A stretch of 64,000 nucleotides of DNA. Origin: Ramazzottius varieornatus (lineage: Eukaryota; Animalia; Tardigrada). The position numbers were made by a program, and so were the translations under genes. The stretch is taken from the NCBI GenBank assembly GCA_001949185.1, contig BDGG01000002.1, positions 4,764,448 to 4,828,447 on the forward strand, written 5' to 3'. Position 1 is the first letter of the stretch. Every line of letters begins with the position of its first letter. Shown here in pieces: positions 11,401 to 25,723 of this stretch. The notes beneath the pieces are model-generated. The model was not told the origin of the DNA. It did no database searches and saw only the letters and a program-made list of their open reading frames with translations.

Positions 11401-14400
11401 ACTACAGTTAGTGTTTTTTATAAGTATGTATGTTTTTCATTCGCTTACCTTGAGCGTGGCGCTGGTTTGTGTCTGTCGTCGCACGTTTTTCTCAAGGCAA
11501 CGCCCTTGTAGACAGAGATTAACAGCGAAAGGCTGGTCAAGCGTGTCGATATCTGTCCAGTTTGTGCTGGGTAATGGCGGTGACACGTGCGGCGGCCATC
11601 TTTTTCCATCTGTTCTTAATCGAACCACATACCCTAGAGCTCTTAAAGCTTTACGGTAACTTTCGACTAATGGGTCAGAAGTTGAATAAATGTTCTGCCA
11701 TACGCCGGAAATGACTGCTGCCATGTCTGCAGGTCCTTTCTCGTTAGGCTTCACTCCAGTATCTTGAAGTGACTTGAATATCTGCAAAAGACAGAAAAAT
11801 GAACATTATTCAAAATGTTTTCAGCACATGTCAACTCAGTGTCCGTAATTACTACGCTGTACAAACATTTGGTCAATGGATGTTTGTCATTGATTGAATA
11901 GTTACTGGCTGAGTGATTGTGGTGGATTCTGAGAACTGCTTGACTTCAAAGGGAAACCCAACAATTGCCGTTTAACTTTTGCAAATGGGAAACTTAATGA
12001 CTCGCTCTGCCGCGAACTGCCTTTCTGGAAAAGAGATCTGTCCTTTATAGTGTGACATTTAGCCAGCTTACCCATTCCCACCCGCCATATTATTACATTT
12101 AGACACAATGTAATTCAAAGGCGGAAGTAGGTCAGCAGTGCGGCGTCATATTGATCGACAGCTCTGTCGTAATCCCGACTTTATCCTTACGGCTTTTAAA
12201 ATTGATGAAGTGAAAGAGCATGGATTGTTTTCGCACTCTCCCATAAGCCCGCTAAGCTCAGATGGTGGCGCGATTGTTTGAATGAGTGATTCGAAAGACA
12301 CTTTCTAATTTGAATAAATGTACTTTAAAAGTGGGATGTGGTATGATAATCCATAGAAGGTTTTGTGTTTTCAGTCTGACACACATTCCATCTAATATTG
12401 CATTCATGGTGGCGTGATCCTCCAGCTGGTGATAACAAGCCTTGCCGGAAGTGTAACCTGCCTCCCTCCAGTCTCAAATACCCCCATTATGCTTGCAGCT
12501 GCATGGGGGACGTCTGAGTGACAACCCCGCGTTATAATTTGCAATTGACAGGACTAGGAAAACATATCACTCAGGTGCACAAACCACCAGTACTTTTCGG
12601 ATTAGCTTCAACGAGGAAGGCGCCTTCAAAACGGAAACTCTGTTTCATAATTTATTCTGGATAGCGTTCGTGTAAGGGATTCCGTCAAGCTTCAGCCAAA
12701 CAGTGACTTTTACCGTTGTTGAAATTTGCTCTTCGCTGCTGTTTTACAGCCTCTTGATGTGATGAGCGTTTGCAATCTGCACAAACTCCGGTCAGGTACC
12801 TCAGAGCAAAACACACTTATAAACGAGGCATGTGACGAAGTCTATTGGATATACTGTAAATACTCGCTGCGTCCGCGCAGTACGTACACGTACGTGAGGA
12901 TGCACTCTCGTAGGGGGTTGCGCAATTCGTGAAACCGGAACGGGGCTGTACTTCACTTGCACGATGACGTACTACGCGGACGCAGCGAATATTTACAGTA
13001 CCTGTATGGTGATTCCCAGCGGTCGCGCCCTGCTTTCTGGTTTGTTCATCTCGAGCTCTGGACCAGTAGTTACTTTTCGTTGACTCGAACTGCTGGGATC
13101 AATTAGTGCTCTGAGGCGCATGGCAAGCTGGTTGCATGGAACAACAGGGAAACTGATAAATATGAACAGCTGTCGACCGTATCCGTTTGAATAATGATGA
13201 ACACAGGCTCCCGCTTTTAGCCTAGATCGGGACAAGCCATGGAGCGCGTAATTTAAAGTCCAGAAGCTGTTTCGAGTTAAAATGTTTTATGGTTGAACTG
13301 TGAATTCAGCAGTCAGGCTATTTATACTGAATTTTGAGATTACCAGATGTAGTGACTTGACTACACAAGCATACTGTACAATGTCAGCCCAACACATGGG
13401 CGCATCATTTTGAAAGCCGACAAGGAAGAATTCTGCCCGGGTATCAACTTTGGGTGCTGCACGTTCGACATAATTAATTTCTGTCATCGATGCCGTCCAC
13501 CTAAGGTCCTAAACTATAAACGTCTAAAAGCTGAAGCATGACATGGGACCCTTCTTAAAGAATACTGTAATGCTTCATGAGCTTCGCGAATGGCGTCACA
13601 GGCGCGTAGAGTTTACGGGTATGACGACGCAGACAGCATACGCTTATCTTGACGTCAGCCGTGAAATTCATGAAGCATCACAAGTATACAGAGCTCGACA
13701 ATCAAACTCGACCAGATTGTTTCCCAAGTGACGCACGTTCTCCGTGTCACTGGCTGGCGACGTGCGCCACTCGAATAACGAACTGGTTGAGTTCTGTTTG
13801 CCGAGCTCTGACGTGACGGTCAACACTTTCGAAAGGGAATGGGAAGTATTCACTCATTCAATATGAGATACCTTTTGGTTTCTGTACTTTGGAACGAGAT
13901 GTGTAAAACCTGAGGAACTCATGCCGTCCAGAGGGAGCGCATCGTTGGTACTCGGCAAGGGGGGTCAAATTGGTAGTTCGGTGGGAATGTCTGGCCTAAG
14001 TGAACGTGTGATAAATTTACACGAGTGTTGATTGCCGAGCTGCTTTCTGGAACTGACTTCGAAGCTTTCTCGTTAGGCTCAGATTTCTGCAGTAGAAGTG
14101 ATTAATGAAAGATGATCACGCGGCTGGGCTTCCTGCTCTTGATCAAGAACGCTCTGTCCAGACGGCGCGTCGAGATTCTACATCCGGATTCTGCAGATGC
14201 AATAACGCTGACCAGCACATATATCGGTCGTCAATCAAGGATCGTGTTACAACCTACCGTCTACATCTTACTTGACCTCGGGACAAAACATGGGCATTGT
14301 GTATCGGCATTTGGTGGCAATGCAGAAGCACAGCATGCACAACTTTACGACCGGCTCCTTCAACAAGTTTTATGCCACATGCCAAAGTGGACGGAAAACC

Positions 14401-15266
14401 CACTCACATGCATGGTCAACATCAGTTACACAATTTACAATCATAATCTGGTAAATTCAGTGATATCATGTTTGCTCTGTCCTTTGTCCGTTGTAAAAAA
14501 ATTTATTATTATACAGTGCCAATCTTGGAATTCTTTTCGGGTTTTTTTCGCCCGATTAAATTCAGTTGGGAAGGCCAATGCGGAGGTGTTAAACTATGTT
14601 AGCCTTCAAATCACAGCTAACTCTAAATTGCTAAGTGGCTTTGCAAGTTATTGCGCTGCCGGCATGTTGAATTCTCGGAAAAAAGTTTTACACCGTTTAG
14701 ATATGCAATGCTGTCATTAAAAAACCCATTGCTCTTTTCTGCGCTGCCGAATGCCTTTATCATACGTGCATACCTTGCTTCGAAAAAAATGGCACAACAA
14801 ACACAAGTCCTCACAACCACAAACAGGTTTTCGAAATTCTCTCTCAACACGCGTCGGCGAACTTGCATGAACAATAACCATGTTTTCTGAACAAAAGTAT
14901 GTCAGAAAAAATTTGCACGATTACCTCTTTGATTTTGCGTTTGAGGCTCTGGAGACGGCGTCTGTTGGGCGTGGATTGTGAGAAAATCCTCATATTCCTG
15001 CAGTTGTTCCATTTTGCCGCATTAGCGCCTACAGAGTTCTGTTCCACAGAAATCTCTCCGTAATCCCTAAAGGAATTCCAGGCGTCATCCAGCTCTTGCG
15101 GGTATTTTGAGAGAAAACAAGCGGCAAAGAATAGGCTGATGAAGGCCAACTTCAGCCCCATTCGATCTCGGCGAACCCACAACGGTAAAAGATTCCGTAC
15201 AGTCCCCAACATTTTCTTTCTTGGTAGATTTGATGCTGGAATCATCTCGCGGTGTTTTTCATACAT
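8474..15266 (-). CDS. CPED1: Cadherin-like and PC-esterase domain-containing protein 1-like; multi-exon with a ~3.1-kb first intron (11782-14924)
   Basis: IIFLGDSTNRGIM...EKTH, YYPQFWLP, GKCSCHFH and the terminal VQGPINAQYSQMVLYEIC match CPED1. A cadherin-like segment (FHPLISSYQIHVPF) is present. The N-terminal anchor exon 14925-15266 splices in phase 0 to 11781; the exact start is uncertain. Confidence 0.85.
13705..13793. repeat. ~90-bp palindromic MITE-like element, copy 1 (CPED1 intron 1)
   Basis: aactcgaccagattgtttcccaagtgacgcacgt-loop-acgtgcgccactcgaataacgaactggttgagtt. Confidence 0.8.
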
Positions 15267-18200
15267 CTAGAGATAGTTTGGTAATTTGGGGATGGTGTGA
15301 TCACGAGATCCGTTGAAGAATTCGTAAGCCAAGTGCACTTGTAGATGCTCGGCATTGTCCGTTGAACGTAACAACGTTAAAATGTATCACTGGGGACCAG
15401 GGAAGAATTTTATCATTGGTCACAAACATCACTTTACACTCCGTTAAAAAAACGAAAATTGATGAAGAAAGAGTATCATTCAGTCATCTTGTGTCATCCA
15501 TAAATCGTAGCAGTGACATGTCAAGGCAGGCAGTCAACTGTAACGCCAGCATCTGTTGGTCTGTCGGAATTCGGAAGCTGCAAACTGTACGAGGAAGAGA
15601 TACAGATACTCGACGATGGATGGCTGCCGAATGAGCTGGAAGAGCGATCTCTGGTATTGAGAGCAGGGGAGAAACACATTCACAGTCAAGGCCGAGATGT
15701 GGGCCAGACGATCACATGCAACTTTTCAGTACGATACAGCGTACTTAACAATAGCCGAAAAAGTTGCGTGCTGTCGGATTAATGGCGCTTATCGGAAGAA
15801 TAAAAGCGTAAAAATTTTGTACGTCGAGCGCTATCTTGTCTGTGGTAAAACAAACTAATAGTACTGTTGTCATTAACTTCTTCCCGCGGCCAGAATGGCA
15901 AAACTCTATACGAGCGGAGCTACGATAAAAAGAGTGCATACAGTCACTCCTTCGTACAAGCAGTTCAAGTAACATTGTAACGGCGAGAGTACGATACCGG
16001 GAAACCAGTTGTGAATAACGCTGGAAAAAGAGATGGTAGCTTTTTCTCACACTTGTGCTCTGCTTGTGTAAACTAGTCGATAGGATCTTGAAAGATCTTC
16101 CACGGCGGTCGAAGAAAGATTGACAATACAAAACGCGAAAAAGAGAGTGGATTCTGTCAGCGGCTCAACAACGGGCTGCTGCCATCGCGAATATCATACA
16201 ATGAGACGTGATACTTGCACTTCCTTGTTGAATGACTCGAACTACAGTTTCAAGCGGTTACTCGCGTTACCTGTCGATTGCTCTCCGTTAACTGAGCTGT
16301 TTCCGGTCGTAAAAGTAGTCAGGCTGAAACTTGTGCAGTGTCCGATGTCAAACAACATCCGAAGTGTTGGATTCACGGCAGTACGACAAGGTAGCACAGT
16401 GTTACAGTGCGTTAAGCCTGTTCCCAGCGGAAAGCCGGCGTGTCCAAGGTTTTCTGTTGCATTCCCAATGCGAAACTTTTCATGCATAGATACTGCTTAT
16501 CCCATGATCCATAGGTGGGACTGCCCAGACGGGCATTGATTACCTTAGATTGTTCAAGGATGGAGAAGCTCTGGGCCCATTCATGCATTTATAATCGTGG
16601 ATGGAAGGTAGAGTTCCCTCCACGAGTATAGGTGTTGTCAACCCTGGACAAATTCCGAGCTCTTACATGCATCGATATTCGGGTAGGACATCCCGGGTAG
16701 GCCGAAAGACCATTAACAGGTTCATGAAAGACTACACACTGTACAAGCAAGACCCGATCTAGGTTTCTACAGGGTGGTCATGCATGGGAGAGGTCCACGT
16801 CCGCAACGCACGTTGTGCTTTTTCGCCGAGCGACGCTTCATTTTCATTTTCAACGAACGTTGTGATTTCTCTGTTTTTCTTTTCTGAGTCTTTTTCAATC
16901 ATTTCCGTTTTCTCCCAGTATCTTCTTTTGGGTCAAGACTTATCACATCGTTGACTGAACCGGATATCTCTAGAGGCAAAGGATTCTGATGTCGGTACTT
17001 GCTGTGATTATTAGCCAGATGCAGCAACTTCTTGCTATCGTGGACCAGTTGTGGTAAGTCAGATTAATGGCTATCGCTGACTCTATTCCTTCATTAGCTC
17101 CGTAGATTTCCTGACGTTTTGTTGCTTATCAGGTTTGCTGTCCAATGATAATCGTTTTCAGACTTCGATGATCGGACATCAGAATATCCTCACACACTCG
17201 CGGATTCGGAGTTTTTAGATGCTATTCCTCAGCTTCGCAAACCTCTGTTCTTCTTTGATCTTCGAGTATCTTGGTATTTGATCGCCTCGTTGTATTCTCC
17301 AAGTACTCCAAGCTGTTGTGTAACTGTTCAACGATCTTATTTAGTCTTCATTCGTATGTCTACGCAAACTTACATGTTGTTGAGTTCTTTCCCCTTGTCG
17401 CTTACCAAATTAATAAAATATTTCAACAATTTATCACCTTGTAGACATACACCCTAAATAGGCATGGACGTGCTCCAGGGTCCACGGCCTCGTGGGTCAT
17501 CAGTAGTACTATCCACCACCCAGGTTCTCAATGCATGTACCCTGGACGAACCTTTGGAACAATCTGCCAAACTTTCAATGCAAAGATTTCCGACCCTGGG
17601 TGGATACAGGGATGAACCTGAGCACGGCGTCCATCCCTGCATCCATGCATGAAACTTGAGAATAATTTTGCATTGGGTTTGGTCGGCCAAATTTCCTGTT
17701 CGGTATATTCTGTGGTCAGACCAAGACCAACTCGATTCCTGGTCAGACGGCACATTTTTTCGGACCCGTCTACTGTTCGTCTATCAGGCTTGATTTTACT
17801 TATTGGAAACAAGTCGCAACTCAAGATTCGTCAGAAAGATAGACCTCGCACATGAGTAAGGAAGCCCACCGAGGGGGAGGGTAATATTCCGGCAGAATAG
17901 GGCCCGGTTTCTCTGTATTGTTTTGGTTCCGACTAGCGACTTCACTAGTTGAGATAAATGAGCATTTGCACCGCGTTTATGCGTGTCAGTTTTCCACCAG
18001 AAATTTATGCGAAGCGAGAGAAATTCGATACAGAGCTGGATGACGCCATACAGCGCACCCGCCGATCAGGTACCCACCGATTCAGAATTAAAACACGGTG
18101 AAATCAGCGCGCGCGTGACGCCATCTGTCAAACTGGCTCCTGTCCTCCTACACGAGACGTAGGATCTTGCGCTGTCGCCTTGAAGAAGCTTTAGACCTCT

Positions 18201-18277
18201 TGTTTCGCTTTTAGGTTTTCGGGCATAACAAGTCTAATTCGGGGATCTTAAATACTGTAGATGGTCGGCAGTAGTCT

Positions 18278-19324
18278 TCACAGACGGGAAGAGTACGTCG
18301 GACTCAGGACTATACTGAAGTTGGACATTTTGTAGGCGACGGCTAGCACCAAACCTGCAACCAAAAATCTCATCGCAGAGCTGCGGGCTGCTCGGGTACA
18401 TCTTGAATATGTGTAAACCCATGGACAGACTAACCCGTTAGCTGCAGGATGATGGCGGAAGACGTAAGTCCACCGTAGAAGAGGTACGCGATTGCGTTCA
18501 TGGAGTTTTCTCTGTGTTCTTGTTTCACGAAACATCCGGGTCCTTGAAAGGCTTCCTCGAGGCTCAGCTGAGTCGTATTGATGTCTACCGGTTTAGTTCC
18601 CAAATGTAGACAATTGAATTTGTCAGGGAAACGGCAGCAGGACGAGGGGATATAACCCAAGGGACTAACCAACCAGTCCCTGGCTTGCGCAAATCCGCAG
18701 CATAGACCGGACTTTTGCACGTGGTCAAAGTACTCCCGTTTCTGCGGGTCGCTGGCGTAATCTTTGAAAACGATATTGTGGTAATATTCCTGAAAAAGCA
18801 AACGCGTGAAATGTCGTAAAATGACTGGATGAGCGCTTCGACTTACTTTGAACCTCTCAACTCTGTCTCGTTGATGGCCGACGACGTCAAAGACTACGTA
18901 GAGCACCACACCAATACAGGCAAGAGAGACTAACGTGCAGAACAGATACAGGATGATGAATGTCGTTCTTTGCCTCCAAAGGAAGACGGAACATAACCCG
19001 AAGAGTCCACAACAAGCCTGCAAAACTGAGCAGTTAATCAAGTGGGAGGCGGAAGTCATTTTTGGTTGCACCTACCAAAACGAGCCCGAGAACGAAGAGG
19101 GCACATGTGACCAGGGTGAAATTGTACACTGGGTCCCGGCCAAATATAGATTCTGATTCGTAATACCCCCATATCAATATATTTTCCACGTTTATAAGGA
19201 TAGTATTTATCACCAAAAGGGTGATACCTGACATCAGCTGAACTGTCGATATTACCATGAGACCCCATTCCAGGCCGGAAAAGACCCGCATGTTCTGTCG
19301 AGGAATTAGCCGATTAGAATTCAT
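18278..19324 (-). CDS. Divergent tetraspanin, 4 exons
   Basis: Four TM segments; large extracellular loop with CCG, PSSCC and GC motifs. Three short in-phase GT-AG introns; ends ...LVLAVAYKMSNFSIVLSPTYSSRL*. Confidence 0.85.
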
Positions 19325-19929
19325 CCGGACTTCGATTACATACACAAACGAAGTGATATACACTACTCGGGAGTCGAGAACATTACGACTTGTTGTGGCC
19401 GTTTGGTATGCCTACAAAATCAGCAACACATGGGAGACACGACGAGGAAAGTCATGTTCCGTGCTGTGCACACTGAATATCGTGCGGCTCCTTGCTCTAG
19501 TTAAATTAAGTTAATCCGTCTCGCTACTGTTCGGAATGACAGGCTACGCATCGATGTTTTATAAATAGCTCCGTCGTAAAATGATTGCTTGTTTTCCTTC
19601 GCATGCCATGTTTGCGTGTAGCGTATGCAACTTGGATCATTAGGAGGGAAACTGTGAGCAAAGTCTGATGCTACTGGCATACTTAGTCTTTCCTGTTTCA
19701 CTGATGCGCATCTTCCCTTCGAATGTCGGCATTTAACCAATTCGCCAGTTTTCTCTTATTCGAACTGTGGACCCAATTTAGGAGCGGTGATTACGGTAGA
19801 GGAAAGCTCAGCCTCAGTCGTGAATCTAAAACAAGAATGCAGTAGATTATTCGGTAAATAAAAAAATTTCAAACAGAATAAATCAGTAAAACAGGAAGAT
19901 AATTGGAAAGTTAAGTGAATATTCGATGG

Positions 19930-22900
19930 TTAGCTTCTGTCATCCGTTTCAGGAGAAAGAAAAGCCGCGTCGAGCAGCTCGTCGTCTAAAATAACCGGAC
20001 TGGTCCTGTCCGGTGCATTAAGGAGTGAATCCGTCGGTGGAGGAGAAGCAGTAAGAGCCGCGATCTCAGCGGCACCTGTTGGTTGGGTTTTGCCCATATC
20101 TAAGCCCAAAGAATCGCCAAGTTCGCCAGCCGATGCGCTGGGTTTTGTTCGGAATGTGAAGCTAGTGGGTTCTCCGATCTCGGGACTCACCACTTCCACT
20201 CGAACCGTATGTTTCACCTCTTTCAGACCACGAGGACCTGTTTCGTCCAGTGTGTCGTCGTCGGTCGAGTCATCGTACTGGACTAGCATGGCCATCTTCG
20301 TGGGCGTGCTTGTTCTATCCTGCGCTGCTTCGGCACTTCCGGTGGTGTTTTCTGTATTTGCAAGAAAATTACTGATTATCGGAAGAATGACAAATAAAAG
20401 CTCGGCAAGCAAGCTCGATAAGACTATGTTCCTGTGTGGCGCGCATTCTCAGTGTTACTGGCTGAACACGTGCGCCAGTTGGAAGAACAATCTCGCCGAG
20501 TTTGTTTGCCGAACTCCTAAACCGAGATTCCGCCTTACCATCCGAACGTTGTCTGCCGTCGGTAGCATCCGACGGGCCAGTCAACTGTTTGAATACAGAA
20601 TCCTGAACGTCCGAAGAGTCGCCCGAGTTATCTGGACCAGAATCAACCCGGCTCTTACTTTGCTTCGCAAGCCGGTCGACGATAGCCAACACGTTCAAAC
20701 TCTTTGTTGGGTTGCGGCTTTTCACCAACGGAGACGCTATCGTCTCGGAAGACGTACTTCCTCGTGTACCGCTCTTGTTCGTATCTCCTAAATCACTGTG
20801 GGGTGGTATGTCGATGACCAGACCAGGATTCGGTCGTGGTTGTCTTTCGGCCGTGCTTGCGGCAATTACTTTATCAATATTCTCTTGTAACGCACCACTT
20901 TGTAAACCTTGTGGAAAAGTCTGAATTTGTATGGTACCCAAACTGGACTGAGTGGTGGGTGGTTGGAAAGGTACTACGTTAGGAGCTGGTGAGAGAGCTT
21001 CCTTTGTCGGTGATTCAGCAAAAATCTTGTCTATCAACTGGCCGTAGACCGCAGCTACCTGTGCCGGTGTGGCGTGGGTACCCAGCGGAGAAGCCAACGA
21101 TTGTACCGCAAACGATGCAGCCTTGGGCGTAGCCGCTGCGTTCGCGTTCTTTTTGGGGATCCGAGGGAGGTCTCTGATCGAGGACGGCGGTTTGGGCGGC
21201 TGGAAGATGGGCGCACTGCTGCTGGCCATACCTGGAAGTTCCAAGAGGGTCTATATACCACAGTTACCCAAATGGGATCAAAGCAAATAACTTAAACCAG
21301 ATCGTTACCCCAAGTGACGCACATGTTCATTGTGACCAACTAGAAGTGTGCGCCAATTGAAAAACGATCTGGTTCAATTCATTTCCCCGAGTTTTTCGGA
21401 TGGCCCGGTGTGTTACCTGGAACGGGGGACTTTGACGGAGAGTTGCTTAGAGGTACTGGGGACCTGGATGAAGCTGGTTGAAAGTGTGCAGACCTTACCG
21501 GACCTTCTTTGGACTTGCTAGGGGACGACGCGGCAGCAGGTGCGGTGAGCTTGGTGGGTATTAGCGTGACTTTGGTGTTCGAAACCGGAGTAGGGGGTGC
21601 ACTCTTTCGCTCTGTCGGTGACTTGTTCGGAGAGCCTTTCTTGCTTTGCAAGAGGTGAGTCTCCAAGACGCCAAGTTCCGGTTTGAACTTTGAAGGTTTC
21701 GGTTCGGGCAGGAAAGAAAAATCTGACAGTACTTCCTTCTTCGGTTTCTTTAGTTCGCTGACCAAGAGCGGAGTATCCGGGGTATCGACCCCCGGTTCTC
21801 TCTTGATCTTCTTGGGCACTTCCGGCGGAGGCGGGGGTGTTTCGGCAAGCAGACCTTTTTTCAGCTTTTTCGGCTCTGGCGGACCAGCTGGCTTTGTCTT
21901 TTTCTTCTTCGGCGGCTGAAAAACGAATACTGTGAGCAGGCGACAAGGATAGAATATTCTACTAATCGATTATTCCAGTTTGGAGCGAAATATTTGGTAA
22001 TAATTCATTTGATCATACGGTACCTCTTTGTTGACGATGACGGCCTGCATGCCAGAATCCGTTGATTCTCGTTTGATCAGCTTGATGGTGATGGGTGAAC
22101 CGTGCGGTGATAGTTCACTCTTGGCTATGCGAATCCTTCCCATGGGGCTCGCCACCGGCTTCGTCAGTTCGTTTTCCAACGACGAAGAGGAATCCGACGA
22201 CTTGGAAGAACCTGCATGCGAACTGGACGCGATGTCTGCCATTGACTTGCGCTTCTTCGGCTTCAGGTCCAGATCGAACGATTCTGCCTTTCTCTTGGTC
22301 TTCAAAGACTGCTTCTTCCCGTTGGTTTCGTACAAAGCCTTGAGTTTCTTGGTATGCTCCGACTTGTCCATGGTCATCGACTTCGGGGACACAGTCTTAT
22401 CACGGCTTGCCGGCTTCTTGTCCATCAGCATTTTTTCCATCTTGGTTCCTCGGCCTGAAAATCACTCAAGAAAATGCCAACCAAGTAGAACAATGTTCTT
22501 GAAGGATTGTTCAACGCAATTTTATTTTCGCGAAAACAGATCTAGAAGTTATTCCAACCGCAAAATCTCGAAAAGGATTTGGGTTGCACGAGATAGTAAT
22601 CGACCTTGGTTAGCGGATAGGAGCAATGGCGGTGGTGTTGACTTGGACTCGAGCAAGGCTGTGATAGACGGCGCGGTCTTCTGGATCGGGGGTAGAGTTT
22701 CGACGTGTTGTACAATGAGAGACGGTGGGATCTGGATATCGGCCAGTGGAGGCTTCTGAATTTGCTGTATGGGTCTCGCGGCTGCAGTACGCGTATGTGA
22801 CTTGGTAGGTTCGTCCACGTAGCTTTCGGCGAACCGTTTGATTATGGTTCTTAGAACGACCGGTATGGAAAGAGTTCTACAGAGACAAAGGATGATTAAA

Positions 22901-25515
22901 CCACTCCAGCCAGTTCAACCTGCCTAAAAAATTTCGAGAGAAAAACTTGCTTTCTTAGCCAGGTGTTGGCCGCTGCGTCGGTGCACAGCGCAGGAGAAGA
23001 CTGCTGCATTGCCCAAGAGGGACTTCCGTTTTCCGCCAGACCAATTTGCACTATAACAGACCGATGATGTGAAAGCGACCACAATCAAAGTACATATTAA
23101 AAAATCCAACTATGCTAATCTGGATGTACCTTTGACAGGCGAAGAGTCTAGCGGATGGCTGAACTCCACCATCAGTGACCGGGGGGAACTGTATGTGACG
23201 TCGAATGCGAATGGACTGATGATCTCTGTAATAAAGGAAGAAATCTTCCTCAACAAGCATTTTCTTCCACCAAACCGAGTTTCGACAGAAAAGCTGAACT
23301 GGCACTCTAACATACCGTTTTCGGCTACGTTCCTCATGCAACCGCTGAACAACTTATTGATAGTCGCTTGCCGACGGAGTCCATTAAGGATCGATGGTAA
23401 AACGGAAACATGAGCAAAACAGACCTCAGTGACAAATCTGGTCAATTCGTTTGGAGCGTGCAGCGAATAGGCGTGATGCTGCCCAGCTATAACCTGTACC
23501 ACAATGTAATGTGATAATTCAACACCGTGTGAGAACGTTTTGATTCATCCAGTAGAAATTTACGGTCTTTATTTTGCTCTGTGATAGCGATATGAATGGC
23601 AGAACTTACAAACTTGTAAGGTGCGTCAGAGTGTGGCAGTGATTTGCCCGTGAAGAACTGATTGTGTAGCACTTGGAGGTATGGCTGGCTCGAAGTGTCA
23701 TCCGTGCGTACAGGGAAGCCTGACAACGACAATAGAGGGACGTCATCGAATTGCGACTTGCGGTTCTCCCATACAGCACAGCAAAGTGAAAAGTCTGAAA
23801 TGTTCGGTATTGTACCTGTCAAGACTTCTAGTTCTTCGCTAACACGGTCTGTGACGATTATCGGTTCTTTCAGGGTGAGAACAAACGATCCAGAAAGCTC
23901 CAGAGGGTTACATTCCTCAAGCGGAGCGAAGTCGCACGAGATGAATCCTTCTTCTGACCGAAATACTCTTCGGAAGGTAGGGGTACTTGGAAGCCATTCC
24001 GCATTGGAAATGGCTGTCACCGTAACGGAAGCCCACAGTCCGATCTGTCTTGCTCCAAGAACTGTAACGGAGAGCCAATGTTGAAAAGTAGTTCCACAGC
24101 CCGAAAGCCTATAAAACACCGTACCAACGAAATCTGCTCTCATCAAAGAACCATCACGCTCAACCAGGTCGGAAGGCGCAACGAAGAAACCGACACGTAG
24201 CGGCTTTCCTGAAAAACACCCAGAGGTATAATAGCGAATGGGCGACGACCAATGAAATGAGCAGATACGGTTTCGGTAACAGTTATGAATTTATGTCTGC
24301 AGGTTCGTGCCAGCGCCCAGACTTCACGGCCACATGGATCATGGACCGCGATACACAGCAGCAAGCGTAGGAGAACTACGTACCTTCCGAACGAGGGACC
24401 AACAAGCCGCAAGGACTATACTTGACCATATCCAGCGGCGGCATTTGCCACCTGCAATTACAAGGATGATACCTTATGGGAAAAATCGAATAAGTTCGAG
24501 AGCAGCCTTACTGGGAGATGTGTTGGTCCATACTCATCAGGTCATTTTCTAAGTTTGTCAAGCAGAGGAACAGAGGCCGTCTTAAATGCCTATACAAGAG
24601 GAGAATCATAACTCCATCACGTCATATATGCTCTACTGGATCAGCCTACAGCAAAAGCCTCCTTGTTTACCTCTCGGGAGTCAACGAGTACATGTTTTGC
24701 AGGCCTTTCATATGCTCATGGAATTCCATCATATCCTTTAACCTGCAAAAGGAGCAAATAGAGATTAATACTGCCGGATGAGATTAGTACTGCAAAGTCT
24801 CAAAGTCCGAACTCGCACTGCAACTATACACAAATACCAGCGGGACTCATAACTACCTCAAAGCTTTTGCCATCTTAGGACATCCCTTGAAACGCAGCAA
24901 AACGCAATGAGCATATTGACACTGTAAGATAGCTACTGGGCTGCAGCTCCCTTGACACCTACTTCCGGTTGCATCTTCAAAGGATGGTGTACCTAAAACA
25001 ACTGACTCTGTTATATGTTGTCATTGCAGTATGCAATCAAAAACAGACAGCATCGCCGTAAATAGTTTCGTCCCCTTCTCCGATAGTCACTCACCCAAAC
25101 TTCTTCCACGAAATCTTTGGCAATTTGAATGTCCGTACGGAAATCATCGGTGTCAATATAGTACATTAAGGTCTCCTGCGCGGTGGGCACCTGTTCTTTA
25201 TACAGCCGCAGTCTATAATAGATCGGAATTGCTTAATCCTCCAGATCCTGTACTCGAGCCCTTTCTTCCATGTGCGATGGCTTGATGAGAGAAAGACTCA
25301 CCCGTTGGCGCTGCAGTATTTTTCGATCAGGGTATCGTAAGAGTCCAGCAACGCTGAAAAACGACCATGTCAACAACACTGCACCCACGATGAGGGTCAC
25401 ATTCATCACATCGCTTACTAGATCGCGTAGGTGCAGTAATCACCATTTTCTTTTGAATTTCCTGCATCGAATTTGCGGCTGCTCTCAGAGCTCCAAATAG
25501 CGAGCCGATATCCAT
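19930..25515 (-). CDS. MED1: Mediator of RNA polymerase II transcription subunit 1, multi-exon
   Basis: The spliced N-terminal domain gives EFHEHMKGLQNMY, LFLCLTNLENDL, PLDMVKYSPCGLLVPRSEG, LPSILNGLRRQATINKLFSGC, FSHP and SIPVVLRTI, collinear with the Med1 domain. A long S/P/K-rich disordered region follows, ending LDDELLDAAF like the MED1 tail. The start at 25515 is tentative. Confidence 0.88.
21289..21379. repeat. ~90-bp palindromic MITE-like element, copy 2 (MED1 intron ~21251-21498)
   Basis: aacttaaaccagatcgttaccccaagtgacgcaca-loop-tgtgcgccaattgaaaaacgatctggttcaatt. Confidence 0.85.
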
Positions 25516-25723
25516 TCTGTCCCTGTGGGTCGTGACGGTGTGTTTAGATCAATTCTTCCACACGGAATCTTCCCACTCAAGACTGCCCGAGCACGAGAGC
25601 CATCAGAAGCTGCAAGCCTGCAAACGTCTAGTCCGAGTCAAAGTTGCAGCTGAGGAGCGAAGCATTGTGAGTTGACCATAGTGTAAAATGTTCGGGACTG
25701 GCAGAGAGTGGGGCGAATGCTAA

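Noticed and set aside
15300-17900. Short ORFs, a purine-skewed tract and ATGCAT-rich patches suggesting decayed transposons
   Set aside because: No recognisable motif, TIR or second copy within the window.
20090-22759. Long plus-strand ORFs of 233 and 243 aa
   Set aside because: Antisense shadows of low-complexity MED1 exons.
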